A stretch of DNA of 53,806 nucleotides from Sphingomicrobium sp. (GTDB taxonomy: Bacteria; Pseudomonadota; Alphaproteobacteria; Sphingomonadales; Sphingomonadaceae). Under the pieces are notes generated by a model. The model had not been told where the DNA came from. It made no database searches and was given only the letters and a program-made list of their open reading frames with translations. The position numbers were made by a program, and so were the translations under genes. Within the stretch, counting starts at the first letter, position 1. Each line of letters starts with the position of its first letter. The stretch is taken from assembly GCA_035710105.1 (NCBI GenBank), contig DASTDZ010000127.1, positions 1-53,806 on the forward strand, given 5' to 3'. Below are positions 1 through 8,920 of this stretch, piece after piece.

Positions 1-150
1 CGCGGGACGATCGTCACGCCGAGCTACGACCAAGTGACCGAGCCGGTGACGACCAAGCCCGCCGGCCGCTGGAAACGCTATCGCAAGCAGCTCGAGCCGG
101 TGCTCCCGATCCTTCTGCCCTGGGCGGAAAAGCTCGGGTATCGCGATTGA
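1..150 (+). CDS. 3' end of a sulfotransferase-family protein (TPR-sulfotransferase-like C-terminus), partial
   Basis: Frame 1 reads RGTIVTPSYDQVTEPVTTKPAGRWKRYRKQLEPVLPILLPWAEKLGYRD*; TPSYxQV..P....GRW..Y...L.P......LGY is the typical sulfotransferase C-terminus. Not in the ORF track. Confidence 0.75.
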   Translation, partial: RGTIVTPSYDQVTEPVTTKPAGRWKRYRKQLEPVLPILLPWAEKLGYRD

Positions 151-152
151 GG

Positions 153-192
153 TTGGGTATTTGCGCCAACCAGTGGCGGTAAGTTCCACCAA
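153..192 (+). promoter_or_regulatory. Tandem enhancer-like sites (candidate bEBP/PspF UAS)
   Basis: TTGG-N9-CCAA at 153-169 and GCGG-N9-CCAA at 176-192, 23 bp apart, upstream of a sigma54-type promoter. Confidence 0.45.
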
Positions 193-244
193 TCCAATGC
201 CGGCAGCAGAATGCGAAGACTGAAAACATTGGACATTTTGAATT

Positions 245-260
245 TGGCACGCTCCCTGCA
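245..260 (+). promoter_or_regulatory. sigma54 (RpoN) -24/-12 promoter
   Basis: TGGCAC-GCTCC-CTGCA matches TGGCAC-N5-TTGCA with correct GG/GC spacing; AT-rich tract immediately upstream. Confidence 0.75.
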
Positions 261-314
261 TTGATAGTGGCACGGACCCGCTGGAGGGTGTCGCAAAGAA
301 AAGGGAAAAATGCC

Positions 315-419
315 ATGTTCGCGATTTTCGATCCTGCCCGTGAAACCATCACCGCGCTCGCCGGTGCGTTTGTCACCGCCATGCTGCTGGTCAGCTCCGC
401 CACCTCGCTCATCGCCTGA
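315..419 (+). CDS. 34-aa hydrophobic small protein (unannotated sORF)
   Basis: MFAIFDPARETITALAGAFVTAMLLVSSATSLIA*; purine-rich RBS (AAAAGGGAAAAA), GC-rich third codon positions, lies between the sigma54 promoter and the PspC gene. Confidence 0.65.
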   Translation: MFAIFDPARETITALAGAFVTAMLLVSSATSLIA

Positions 420-433
420 ACAGGGAGGCTGAA

Positions 434-619
434 TTGGCCAACCGTTTCCTGATCAACCGGCAGGACGCCAAGATCATGGGCGTTGCCGCCGGCATCGCCG
501 ACTACACCGGGATCGACGCCCTGGTGATCAGGCTGGCGCTCGTCGCGCTCCTGCTCCTGACCGGCCCGGTCGTCGTCCTTATCTACCTTCTGACGGGTTG
601 GCTTGCAGCTGAGCGGTGA
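434..619 (+). CDS. pspC: PspC domain-containing protein
   Basis: NRQDAKIMGVAAGIADYTGID..VIRL...Y PspC pattern; GGGAGG RBS, TTG start. Confidence 0.85.
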   Translation: MANRFLINRQDAKIMGVAAGIADYTGIDALVIRLALVALLLLTGPVVVLIYLLTGWLAAER

Positions 620-1156
620 TCATCGTCTCGCTCGCTGCAGGCCTTCCGCGGCATCCAGCGGCCGGGCGCAGCCGGTCCGCAGTTCGCCGCCAACCGTAAG
701 CGTGACCGCGATCGGATAGACATTGTCCGACATTCCGTCCGAACATTGCGACTCCGGACGGATCTCCATGACGAACGGCCTGCCGCCCAGCGCTCCCGTC
801 CAGCGCCCCTTCTCCGCCCTTCCCGAAAACTTGGTCCATACCCGCGTGCCGCCCTGGTCCTCGGGCGTCGAATAGGTCACGCACCGCCCCTCGACGCTCG
901 CACCCCAGAAGGGCTCGGTGCCGATTGCCCGTATCGCGTTCGCCGGGACCGCCTTGCCATCCTGGACGAGGCACGGGCTCGGCGGCTGAGCGCCGGCTTG
1001 TGGCGGGTTCGCGCTCGCCGCGTTCGTTTCGGGCGGGAGCGGCGGCTCCGCGGCGAGCGGGTCGTCCGGGGACCCGTTGCGCTGCGCCGGACCTTGCGGA
1101 GCCTGGCCGCAGGCGGAAAGGGTCAGCGCGGCGGTGAGAAGGAGGGGCCTGATCAT
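620..1156 (-). CDS. COG3650-type lipoprotein
   Basis: Start re-set to MIRPLLLTAALTLSAC (lipobox); GTEPFW and CSDGMSD..YP......GCA motifs. Confidence 0.8.
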   Translation of the reverse strand: MIRPLLLTAALTLSACGQAPQGPAQRNGSPDDPLAAEPPLPPETNAASANPPQAGAQPPSPCLVQDGKAVPANAIRAIGTEPFWGASVEGRCVTYSTPEDQGGTRVWTKFSGRAEKGRWTGALGGRPFVMEIRPESQCSDGMSDNVYPIAVTLTVGGELRTGCARPLDAAEGLQRARR

Positions 1157-1255
1157 CTGGCGACAACGCGGAACGCCCGCCTTGGTGGCAGCGGCCGGCG
1201 CTGGCGCGGCTGGCGCCGGGCCTGTACAAGCCGGTTCGAACCGAGGAGCAAGATC

Positions 1256-1783
1256 ATGCGCAAGTTGCTTTTGACCGGGCTGGCCCTCGCCTGGCTGTCG
1301 ACGCCGGCCTGGGCTGCGCTTCCGGTCGGCGCCAGGGCGCCGGACTTCACGACCACCGGCGCGATCGCGGGCAAGCCGTTCCGGCTGAACCTCAAGGAGC
1401 AGCTCCGCAACGGCCCCGTCGTCCTCTATTTCTTCCCCAAGGCTTTCACCCAGGGCTGCACGCTGGAAGCCCGCGCCTTCAGCGAAGCCATGGACGAGTT
1501 CAAGAAGGCCGGCGCTCGGGTCATCGGCATGTCGGCCGACGACCTTCCGACCCTGCAGAAATTCTCGGTCGAGGAATGCCGCAACGCCTTTCCTGTGGCG
1601 ACGGCGAAGCCCGAGATCATCGCCGCCTATGATGTCGCCCTGAAGCAGAAGCCGGGCCTCACCGACCGCACCTCCTATGTCATCGCCAGGGACGGGCGGA
1701 TCGTCTTCGTCCATTCGCAGATGGACTGGAGCCAGCACGTGCAAAAGACGCTGGCGGCGGTGCAGGCGCTCAAGCGCAAATAA
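1256..1783 (+). CDS. Peroxiredoxin (BCP/AhpC-TSA family) with signal peptide
   Basis: GAGGAG RBS; MRKLLLTGLALAWLSTPAWA signal; LYFFPKAFTQGCTLEA (PxxxTxxC). Confidence 0.9.
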   Translation: MRKLLLTGLALAWLSTPAWAALPVGARAPDFTTTGAIAGKPFRLNLKEQLRNGPVVLYFFPKAFTQGCTLEARAFSEAMDEFKKAGARVIGMSADDLPTLQKFSVEECRNAFPVATAKPEIIAAYDVALKQKPGLTDRTSYVIARDGRIVFVHSQMDWSQHVQKTLAAVQALKRK

Positions 1784-1801
1784 CCCCGTCGGGGCTTCGC
1801 C

Positions 1802-3067
1802 CTAGCGGGCCGCGACCTTCTTCGCCGCCGGCGCGGCGCTGGTGTCGAGCAGCGCCGCGATCGCCTTGCCGTCGCGCTTGTAGACGTCCTGATAGTCGAC
1901 GATCTTGCCTTCGACCGTGGCCGCCGACGACATGTAGACGATGTAAACCGGGAGCGGCTCGGGGAAATTGGCCTGGACCGACTTGCCGCTGGCGATCGTC
2001 GCCTGCACCTTCTCCGCGGTCCATTCGGTGCCGCCCTCGGTCAACAGGATCGTTGCCAGCTGCTCGATGTCCTTGGTGCGGATGCAACCGTGGCTGAACG
2101 CGCGCACGCGGCTGTTGAAGCGCGACTTGGCGTTGGTGTCATGGAGGTAGATGGCCTTCGAATTGGGCATCACGAACTTCATCTTGCCGAGTGCGTTCGA
2201 CGGGCCCGGCGGCTGGCGCCAGCGAACCACCTTGCCGTTCTTGTCCTTGACCGCGACATAGCCGCCCTTGCCGCGCACCTCCGGCTCGATGCTTTTGGGG
2301 ACCTCCCACCAAGGGTTGAGGATGACTCCGGTGGCGATCGCCGACAGCTGCGGCGTCGGGGTCGAGATCTTGCCTGCCACCGCATAATGGCGGGAGATGG
2401 TCTCGCCCCCTTCGACCAGGGCGGCCGTGTAGGCCGGGACGTTGACGATGATGTACCGCTCGCCGAGGTCGCGCGGGAGCCAGCGCCAGCGATCGAGGTT
2501 GAGGCGGATCCGGTTGACCTTCGCGGTCTCGGACGGCGGCGTCACCTCGAGCGCGCGCTTGAGGTAGGTATATTGCGGGTGGACCGGAAGCAGCCCCGCA
2601 AGCGTGTCGGCGACCTGGTGCGTTTGGAGCGCCCAGCGAAGCAGCTTGTCCTGGCGCCCGCCGTCGAGGTCGGGGTCCTTGATGTGCCAGTCGATCCGGT
2701 CCTTGCCCCGGACATGGCCAAGCGCGAGGTCGGACGACAGCCGGTTGAAGCGGTCGGTCGCCGCGGCGCTGAGCGCCACCGGGTCGCCGCTCCGAAGCGC
2801 CGCTTCCAGCCCCTGGGGATCATAATCGGCCGGGTCCAACCCTTCCTTTCCGACTTGCCGGATGAAGCCGAGCAGTTGCTGGACGTCGCCGATCTCCCAC
2901 AGCGGCGGTGGAAGCGGCGCCGGTTCGACGAGCGGGACAGGAGCTGGGGCCTGGATGGCCGCCTGGGGCTGGGCTGGAACGGGCTGCTGCTGGGCGCGCG
3001 CCGCAAACGGCAGCGCCGATGCTGCGAGGAGGAATGCGGTTATCCTGGTTCGTCTGCTGCGCTTCAC
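1802..3067 (-). CDS. L,D-transpeptidase (YcbB/LdtD-like)
   Basis: IIVNVPAY, LGKMKF, IYLHDT...RAFSHGCIR catalytic motif; signal peptide after GTG start (start approximate). Confidence 0.9.
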   Translation of the reverse strand: MKRSRRTRITAFLLAASALPFAARAQQQPVPAQPQAAIQAPAPVPLVEPAPLPPPLWEIGDVQQLLGFIRQVGKEGLDPADYDPQGLEAALRSGDPVALSAAATDRFNRLSSDLALGHVRGKDRIDWHIKDPDLDGGRQDKLLRWALQTHQVADTLAGLLPVHPQYTYLKRALEVTPPSETAKVNRIRLNLDRWRWLPRDLGERYIIVNVPAYTAALVEGGETISRHYAVAGKISTPTPQLSAIATGVILNPWWEVPKSIEPEVRGKGGYVAVKDKNGKVVRWRQPPGPSNALGKMKFVMPNSKAIYLHDTNAKSRFNSRVRAFSHGCIRTKDIEQLATILLTEGGTEWTAEKVQATIASGKSVQANFPEPLPVYIVYMSSAATVEGKIVDYQDVYKRDGKAIAALLDTSAAPAAKKVAAR

Positions 3068-3395
3068 GGTCGGTCTCGCTCCGTCGGTCCCCGGGTTTCC
3101 GGGCGTCCTATGCCCGCCGCACAATACACAGGCTGAACGCCGGCAACCAGTGGACGAAAGCCACAGGAAGGCTGCTAAGCTGTGGATAAGAACCAATCTT
3201 TAAACGGTTTGCGGCAATGATTGCGGCACCGACAATGGGACGTTCGAAGCAATGACCATCTTCTCCTTGATCGCCGAAGCGAGCCAGCCGATAAGAATGG
3301 GGCGTACCGGGCTGCCTTGCGTTGGCATACCTGCCCGGCGGGCCAGGGAAGGAAAGATCGGCGTGAGCTTCGCCGCCCTGCAGGAGTAGCCGCGC

Positions 3396-3719
3396 GTGGA
3401 GATGAGTTATTCGATGATCAAGGCGCGCATCGCCGAAATCCCGGATCCGAACGACCGAAGGCGGGCTCCCCGACTGCCGGTGGAGATCGACGCGCGGGTT
3501 CGCGAGCTCGGGACCAATGGTGTCGAGGCGCGGGTGCTCAACATTTCCGAGCGCGGTTTCATGGCCGAATCGGACGGCCGATTCGAGGTCGGTTCGCGGG
3601 TCTGGCTGATGCTCCCGGGCCGCGATCGCGCCAATGCCGTCGTCAAGTGGACGGCCGGAGACAAGCTCGGCGCGGAGTTCGCCGAGCCAATCTCGCTCGA
3701 CGGGCTCGATCACCCCTAA
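3396..3719 (+). CDS. Single-domain PilZ protein
   Basis: RRRAPR (RxxxR) and NISERG (D/NxSxxG) c-di-GMP-binding motifs; CAGGAG RBS. Confidence 0.85.
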   Translation: MEMSYSMIKARIAEIPDPNDRRRAPRLPVEIDARVRELGTNGVEARVLNISERGFMAESDGRFEVGSRVWLMLPGRDRANAVVKWTAGDKLGAEFAEPISLDGLDHP

Positions 3720-3788
3720 GCTACTGAGCGGTGATCCAATTCGCCCCGCGCCAAATCGCGGCGCGCGATCCCGATTCGGGGCAGGAAT

Positions 3789-3813
3789 GCAACCCTCGGC
3801 GCTTTCGCTCGTT
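3789..3813 (+). promoter_or_regulatory. Candidate EcfG/SigT (general stress response) promoter
   Basis: GCAAC-N16-CGTT, one mismatch to GGAAC-N16-CGTT, about 25 bp before the start of 3838..4089. Confidence 0.5.
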
Positions 3814-3837
3814 CACCAGCGCCGAAAGGAACTTTCT

Positions 3838-4089
3838 ATGCCTGCGATTTCAGGCCTGAACGATGCGACCTATCATCCGACCGCTCGCGGCTATCACGCC
3901 GTGTATCGCGAGCGCGAGGTGAACCACTGCCCAGGTTGCGGCCGCACTCACTGGATCATTGGCCGGGTCTCGGCCGAATGCGCTTTCTGCGCGACGGCTC
4001 TGCCGCTGGCGGAAGCGAGCATGCACTCGCACAACCGGCCGGTCATCATCCAGCACAAGAACCGCGACCACCACGCCTGGGCGGCCTGA
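3838..4089 (+). CDS. Small zinc-ribbon-like hypothetical protein (83 aa)
   Basis: AAAGGA RBS; CPGC...CAFC pairs and His-rich C-terminus. Confidence 0.75.
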   Translation: MPAISGLNDATYHPTARGYHAVYREREVNHCPGCGRTHWIIGRVSAECAFCATALPLAEASMHSHNRPVIIQHKNRDHHAWAA

Positions 4090-4101
4090 GCGATCCTCGG
4101 A

Positions 4102-4989
4102 TCAGCCGCGCGGCGCCGGGCGCACCGGCACGGGCGCGTTGCATAAATCGACGCCGCCGGCGGGACGAATGAAGAAATCGTCCTTGCGGTTGGCGCGCGC
4201 CCGCACATAGGCGGCAAAGGCGGCGCTCCCCGTGTCCATGTACTGGAAGACCGGCCGCTCGCCCGGCGGGAAGTCCCTCGCCAGCCGAGCCCAGGCGATC
4301 GGCACGTCCTGCGACCTTTCCTTGTAAAAGCCCAGGGCCTCGGTTCCCCGGGGCAGGCTGCTCAAGGCCTCGATGCCGCTGACGACGCGCCCGACGACCG
4401 CGATGTTGCGGTCCAGGTGGCGCGGCGAATGGCCGATCACCGCATAGAGCTCGCCGCCGGTGCCCGTATCGGGCGACAGCCCGCGGCCGACCCCGACATA
4501 GGCATAGCAATGGGCGAGGTTGGCGGTTCCGCGCCCGGGGTCGTAGCCGATCGGCCAGCCGCTCGCGAAGCCGGCTCTCGGCGCGTAAGCGTCGGGATAG
4601 CCGAGCGGGTGCACGTTCAGGCCCTTCAGCGGCCGCGCATATTCGGCCGGAGGCCGGGCGACGACGCCAGCGGGGAACGGGTCCTCGCTCTCGTTCTTTC
4701 CCCACTGGACGACATAATTGTCCTGCACACGGTAGATCGCCGAATTGTCCCACCAGCGGCCGCTCGCCAGGGCCCGGATGTTGGCGACGTGGACCGGCGC
4801 GAACTGCGGCGCCAGCTGGATCAGGACCCGCCGCCCGTCCCTGAGCTGAACGACGAGAAGGTCGTCGGCGGGAATCGTCTTCCAGGCGCTCGCCGGCGCG
4901 GCGGCGATGATCTCCGTCGGGGTCTTCGGAGCCGCTGCCTGGGCGCCGGCGGCAAGTGCAAGCATCGAAATCAGAAGCAGCGCGCGCAT
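4102..4989 (-). CDS. Exported cyclophilin-type peptidyl-prolyl isomerase-like protein
   Basis: Signal peptide; LAPQFAPVHVANI, IYRVQDNYVVQWG, PRHLDRNIAVVGRVVSG. Confidence 0.85.
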   Translation of the reverse strand: MRALLLISMLALAAGAQAAAPKTPTEIIAAAPASAWKTIPADDLLVVQLRDGRRVLIQLAPQFAPVHVANIRALASGRWWDNSAIYRVQDNYVVQWGKNESEDPFPAGVVARPPAEYARPLKGLNVHPLGYPDAYAPRAGFASGWPIGYDPGRGTANLAHCYAYVGVGRGLSPDTGTGGELYAVIGHSPRHLDRNIAVVGRVVSGIEALSSLPRGTEALGFYKERSQDVPIAWARLARDFPPGERPVFQYMDTGSAAFAAYVRARANRKDDFFIRPAGGVDLCNAPVPVRPAPRG

Positions 4990-5033
4990 GGCGTTTCCTT
5001 GTCTTTTTGCGCGGACACGATAGGCGCGCGTCC

Positions 5034-6212
5034 ATGCATATTGCCAGCCTGATGCTGCTCGGCTCCGGCGAGCTCGGCCGCGAGTTCGCGATCGCCGCCA
5101 AGCGGCTCGGCTGCCGGGTCATCGCCTGCGACCGGTATGGCAACGCGCCGGCCATGCAGCTGTCCGACGAGGCCGAGATCTTCTCGATGCTGGACGGTAA
5201 GGCGCTCCGAGCGGCGGTCGAGGCCCATCGCCCTGACGTCATCGTCCCGGAAATCGAAGCGATCGACACGGCGACTCTCGGCGAGCTGGAGACCGAAGGC
5301 TGGCGGGTCGTGCCCTCGGCCAAGGCCGTGCAACTGACCATGAACCGCGACAGCATCCGCGATTTCGCGGCGCGCGAACTCGGACTGACGACGTCACGCT
5401 ACGTGTTCGCCGAGAGCCGCGCTGAAGCGATCGCGGCGGCCGGCGCGGTCGGCCTGCCGTGCGTCGTCAAGCCGGTGATGTCGAGCTCGGGGAAGGGCCA
5501 GAGCGTGGCCGCCACCCCGGAGGAGCTGGGCAAGGCATGGGACTATGCAGTCGCCAACATGCGCGGCGACCGGCCGCGCGTGATCGTCGAGGAGTTCGTG
5601 CGTTTCGATAGCGAGATCACTTTGCTCACCGTCTCGACCAGGGATGGCGTGCTCTATTGCCCGCCGATCGGCCACCGGCAGGAACATGGCGATTATCGCG
5701 AAAGCTGGCAGCCGGCGGCGATCCCCGAACGCGCCCTCGAATCGGCGCGCGAGCAGGCGAGGCGCGTGGTTCAAGCGCTCGGCGGGCACGGGATTTTCGG
5801 AGTCGAATTCTTCATCCGCGGCGACGAGGCGATCTTCTCCGAGCTTTCGCCCCGGCCGCACGACACCGGAATGGTGACCCTCGTCTCGCAATACCCCAAC
5901 GAGTTCGAGCTGCACCTTCGCGCGATCCTCGGCCTGCCCATACCCGCGATCGACCTTGCCGGGCCGTCGGCCTCGGCGGTCATCCTCGCGGCAAAGGAGA
6001 GCGAAAGCTTTGGCTATGACGGGATCGCCGAGGCGCTCGCCCTGGGGAGCGCAGACAAGCCGGCGGACGTCAGGATCTTTGCAAAGCCGAAGACACTGAA
6101 GAACCGGCGCATGGGCGTGGCGCTCGCTCGTGGCGAGACCGTCGAAGAGGCGGTGGAGCGGGCCAAGGCCGCAGCCGCCAAGGTGTCGATCCGCTATGGG
6201 GAAGAGGCGTGA
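5034..6212 (+). CDS. purT: Formate-dependent phosphoribosylglycinamide formyltransferase
   Basis: LLGSGELG, VKPVMSSSGKGQS, SELSPRPHDTG, RRMGVALA. Confidence 0.97.
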   Translation: MHIASLMLLGSGELGREFAIAAKRLGCRVIACDRYGNAPAMQLSDEAEIFSMLDGKALRAAVEAHRPDVIVPEIEAIDTATLGELETEGWRVVPSAKAVQLTMNRDSIRDFAARELGLTTSRYVFAESRAEAIAAAGAVGLPCVVKPVMSSSGKGQSVAATPEELGKAWDYAVANMRGDRPRVIVEEFVRFDSEITLLTVSTRDGVLYCPPIGHRQEHGDYRESWQPAAIPERALESAREQARRVVQALGGHGIFGVEFFIRGDEAIFSELSPRPHDTGMVTLVSQYPNEFELHLRAILGLPIPAIDLAGPSASAVILAAKESESFGYDGIAEALALGSADKPADVRIFAKPKTLKNRRMGVALARGETVEEAVERAKAAAAKVSIRYGEEA

Positions 6213-6259
6213 AGCCTTGGCGCTTCTCCTGCGTTGCGCTCGAAAAGGAGGCCCTTGAG

Positions 6260-6652
6260 ATGCGTGCAGCACTGATCACAGCCGTAGCGGCGCTTGCGCT
6301 GTCTTCATGCGGCGAGCAGGCGGAGCGTCAACCGCAGCAGACGCAGTCGATCACGGTCAGAAGCGCCGAGCAGGAGCAGCTCCACACCCTCAACGACCTC
6401 AACCGCGCGATCGCGCTCAAGCGCGCGATCTACGATTCGGGATACAGCTGCAAACGGGTGACGGAATCGGGCTTCGTCGGCCAGTACAAGAATCTCGACA
6501 TGTGGATGGCGCGCTGCGCCGACGGGCGCGACTGGGCGGTGTTCACCGGCCCTGACGGAAGCGCGCAGGTGCGCGACTGCAAGGACGTCGGCGCGATGGG
6601 CCTTCCGGAATGCAGGATCGAAGCGAAGGCGGCGCCGTCCGCCGGCGGCTGA
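6260..6652 (+). CDS. Hypothetical lipoprotein with four additional Cys
   Basis: AAGGAGG RBS; MRAALITAVAALALSSC lipobox. Confidence 0.75.
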   Translation: MRAALITAVAALALSSCGEQAERQPQQTQSITVRSAEQEQLHTLNDLNRAIALKRAIYDSGYSCKRVTESGFVGQYKNLDMWMARCADGRDWAVFTGPDGSAQVRDCKDVGAMGLPECRIEAKAAPSAGG

Positions 6653-6658
6653 CAGGCG

Positions 6659-6937
6659 TCAGTTGCCGCAGGTCGTCTCGCTCTTGAACTCGCCGCTCGC
6701 CGTCTTTTCCTTGACGGTGACGCATTTGCCGACCCGCACTTCCTCGCGCCAGCTGCCGTCGGCATTGGACGTGCGATTGCCCTTCGGAACCCGGTTGCCC
6801 TTCTTGTCGAGCTCCCAATTCCAGCTCTTCGGAGTCGCCTGCGCCTGCTGGTTGGGCGCGGCGAAGGCGTGAGCGGCCGCGGCAAAGCCCAGTCCGACCA
6901 CGAGTCCGGCTGCAGCACTGATCCACACGGTCTTCAT
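6659..6937 (-). CDS. Small secreted hypothetical protein (92 aa)
   Basis: GGGAG RBS, signal peptide ending AHA; two Cys. Confidence 0.75.
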   Translation of the reverse strand: MKTVWISAAAGLVVGLGFAAAAHAFAAPNQQAQATPKSWNWELDKKGNRVPKGNRTSNADGSWREEVRVGKCVTVKEKTASGEFKSETTCGN

Positions 6938-7065
6938 TGCACTACTCCCAACGCTGCCCGGCTAGCCCGGGGCAGGTGAACCGGGCGTGAAGCCGGGCCG
7001 CGCGCCGCAAAACGCGCGAGAGGGAAAGTAGGTTCGCGGGTGCGGCCGCGCAACGGGCGGGAGGC

Positions 7066-7191
7066 TCAGCCCTGCCGGGCCTTGAACCGCCGGTTGGTCT
7101 TGTTGATGACGTAAGTGCGGCCGCGACGGCGGATCACCCGGCAGTCGCGGTGCCGCGACTTCAGCGACTTGAGGCTGTTGCGAATCTTCAT
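7066..7191 (-). CDS. rpmJ: 50S ribosomal protein L36 (type B, Zn-free)
   Basis: [41 protein letters not shown] read directly; below the ORF-track size cut-off. Confidence 0.97.
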   Translation of the reverse strand: MKIRNSLKSLKSRHRDCRVIRRRGRTYVINKTNRRFKARQG

Positions 7192-7279
7192 GGCCGGGCG
7201 CCTTGCTCGTTATCTAAAAAATCGGTTTGTGGGAGGTTTGGAAAACCGGCGGCTCCCCTATGGGGCCGGAGCCACCAAG

Positions 7280-8920
7280 TCAAGGTCGTTGCAGGCCTTC
7301 GCGCCTCGCCTTGGGCTGTCCCGGAGCGAAGCTGTCGCCGAAATAATCGCCCGCATACCACAGCGGCCGCGAGTCCGCGTCGGCAAGCGCGCGCGCGATC
7401 CGGTAGTTGAGCTCGGCATAACGCGCGCCCTGGTCCCAGCGGATCGGCTGGCGAACGTCGTCGCTCGGCTTGTGATAGGTGCGCGCGAAGAATTCGTCCC
7501 ACTTCTTCTCGCCGCCGTTGGCATAGCCGGTCATCAGCAGGATCGCCGGAATTCCGCGGGTAACGAACCGGTAATGATCCGAACGCACGAAGATCGCTTC
7601 GTCGGGCATCGGGTCGGGCGAGACGGCCACGCGCATCGCGCTCGCCGCACTCGCGATCTCCTGCGCGACGGTCGAATGCTCGCCGCCAAAGGCGATGACG
7701 TCGGTGAACTCGTAGAGGAGCATCGGCATGTCGAGGTCGACCGCGGCGGCGATCGCCTGGCGCGGGACAGTCGGGTTGGCGGCGAAATAATCGGCGCCGC
7801 GCAGCCCCACTTCCTCAGCGGTGTTGGCGATGAACAGGATGGATCGGCGCGGCGGCTTGCCCGAGGCGATGAACGCGCGTGCAGCCTCGAGCATGGTGGC
7901 GACTCCCGCGGCATTGTCGAGCGCGCCGTTGTAGATCGAATCCTCGCCGGGCCGGGCCCCGCTCTTCATGCCGATATGGTCGAGATGGCCCATCAGCACG
8001 ACATATTCGCCGCGAAGCCTGGGGTCGGAGCCCGGAAGCAGGCCGACTACCTCCGGACTTGTGAAATCGCGCCACCGCATGCGGTCGCCGATGCGGATTC
8101 GCGCCGGCAGGTCGAAGCCCTGCATCGCGCCCGGCCGCGCCCCGGCGGTGACGGCCTGCGCAAGGCTTCGGCCCGACCCCTTGAACAGCCGCTCGCCGGC
8201 GGAACGGGACAGCAGCGCAAACAGCCCCAGGCGGCTCCCTTGGCTCGCCGACTTGCCCGACGGGTCGACCCAGTCGATCACCGGCTGGCCGAAGGCGCTG
8301 ACGCGGTCGCCGCGCTTGCGGATTCCGGTGCCGGCGATCTCGATGAGCCCAGCCGCGCCCTTTTCGGCGGCAGTAATGGCCTTGGCCGAATCGAGATGGG
8401 CCGCGATCTCGCTCGGAAGGCCGGGCGGCGTGCCCTCGATCACGACCACGACCTTGCCGCGCACGTCGAGTCCGGAATAATCGTCGATCCCGAGCCGCCG
8501 GTCGCTGACCCCATGGCCGGCGAACACAAGCGGCGCGTCGATCCTGCGGCTTGAGCGCGTTAAGCTTGGCCGGATAGCGATGTCGACCCCGGGGCGAAGC
8601 CGCTGCGAGCGCCGCCCGACGGTCAGCGACGCCGAGGGCTCGTCGGCATGGGCCGCTTCGCGAAGCGGAACCTGGACGTACCATCCGCCGCCCGTCCCGC
8701 CGGGCTTCAGGCCCATCGAGCGGAATTGCGCGGCAACATAGGCGGCCGCGACCTCGTGCCCGCGCGAGCCGGTGTCGCGCCCTTCGAGAAGATCGCTTGC
8801 TAGGAACTCGACATCGGCGCGTACGCGCTCGGCGGCGGCGCCTGGCGGAGGCTGCGAGGGAGGCGCGGCGCCGAGCAGCGCGGCTGCCAGCGGCGCAAGC
8901 AGCAATCGACGAAACCTCAC
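7280..8920 (-). CDS. M28 family metallopeptidase with PA domain
   Basis: LEGRDTGSRG, GHLDHIG, NGALDNAAG, TAEEVGL, RSDH, YHKPSDD; GTG start overlaps galE stop (GTGA). Confidence 0.9.
   Translation of the reverse strand: MRFRRLLLAPLAAALLGAAPPSQPPPGAAAERVRADVEFLASDLLEGRDTGSRGHEVAAAYVAAQFRSMGLKPGGTGGGWYVQVPLREAAHADEPSASLTVGRRSQRLRPGVDIAIRPSLTRSSRRIDAPLVFAGHGVSDRRLGIDDYSGLDVRGKVVVVIEGTPPGLPSEIAAHLDSAKAITAAEKGAAGLIEIAGTGIRKRGDRVSAFGQPVIDWVDPSGKSASQGSRLGLFALLSRSAGERLFKGSGRSLAQAVTAGARPGAMQGFDLPARIRIGDRMRWRDFTSPEVVGLLPGSDPRLRGEYVVLMGHLDHIGMKSGARPGEDSIYNGALDNAAGVATMLEAARAFIASGKPPRRSILFIANTAEEVGLRGADYFAANPTVPRQAIAAAVDLDMPMLLYEFTDVIAFGGEHSTVAQEIASAASAMRVAVSPDPMPDEAIFVRSDHYRFVTRGIPAILLMTGYANGGEKKWDEFFARTYHKPSDDVRQPIRWDQGARYAELNYRIARALADADSRPLWYAGDYFGDSFAPGQPKARREGLQRP

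Noticed and set aside
7066-7191. Zn-free L36 as a zinc-starvation paralog
   Set aside because: This form is the normal L36 in alphaproteobacteria; no Zur box or L31 paralog is adjacent
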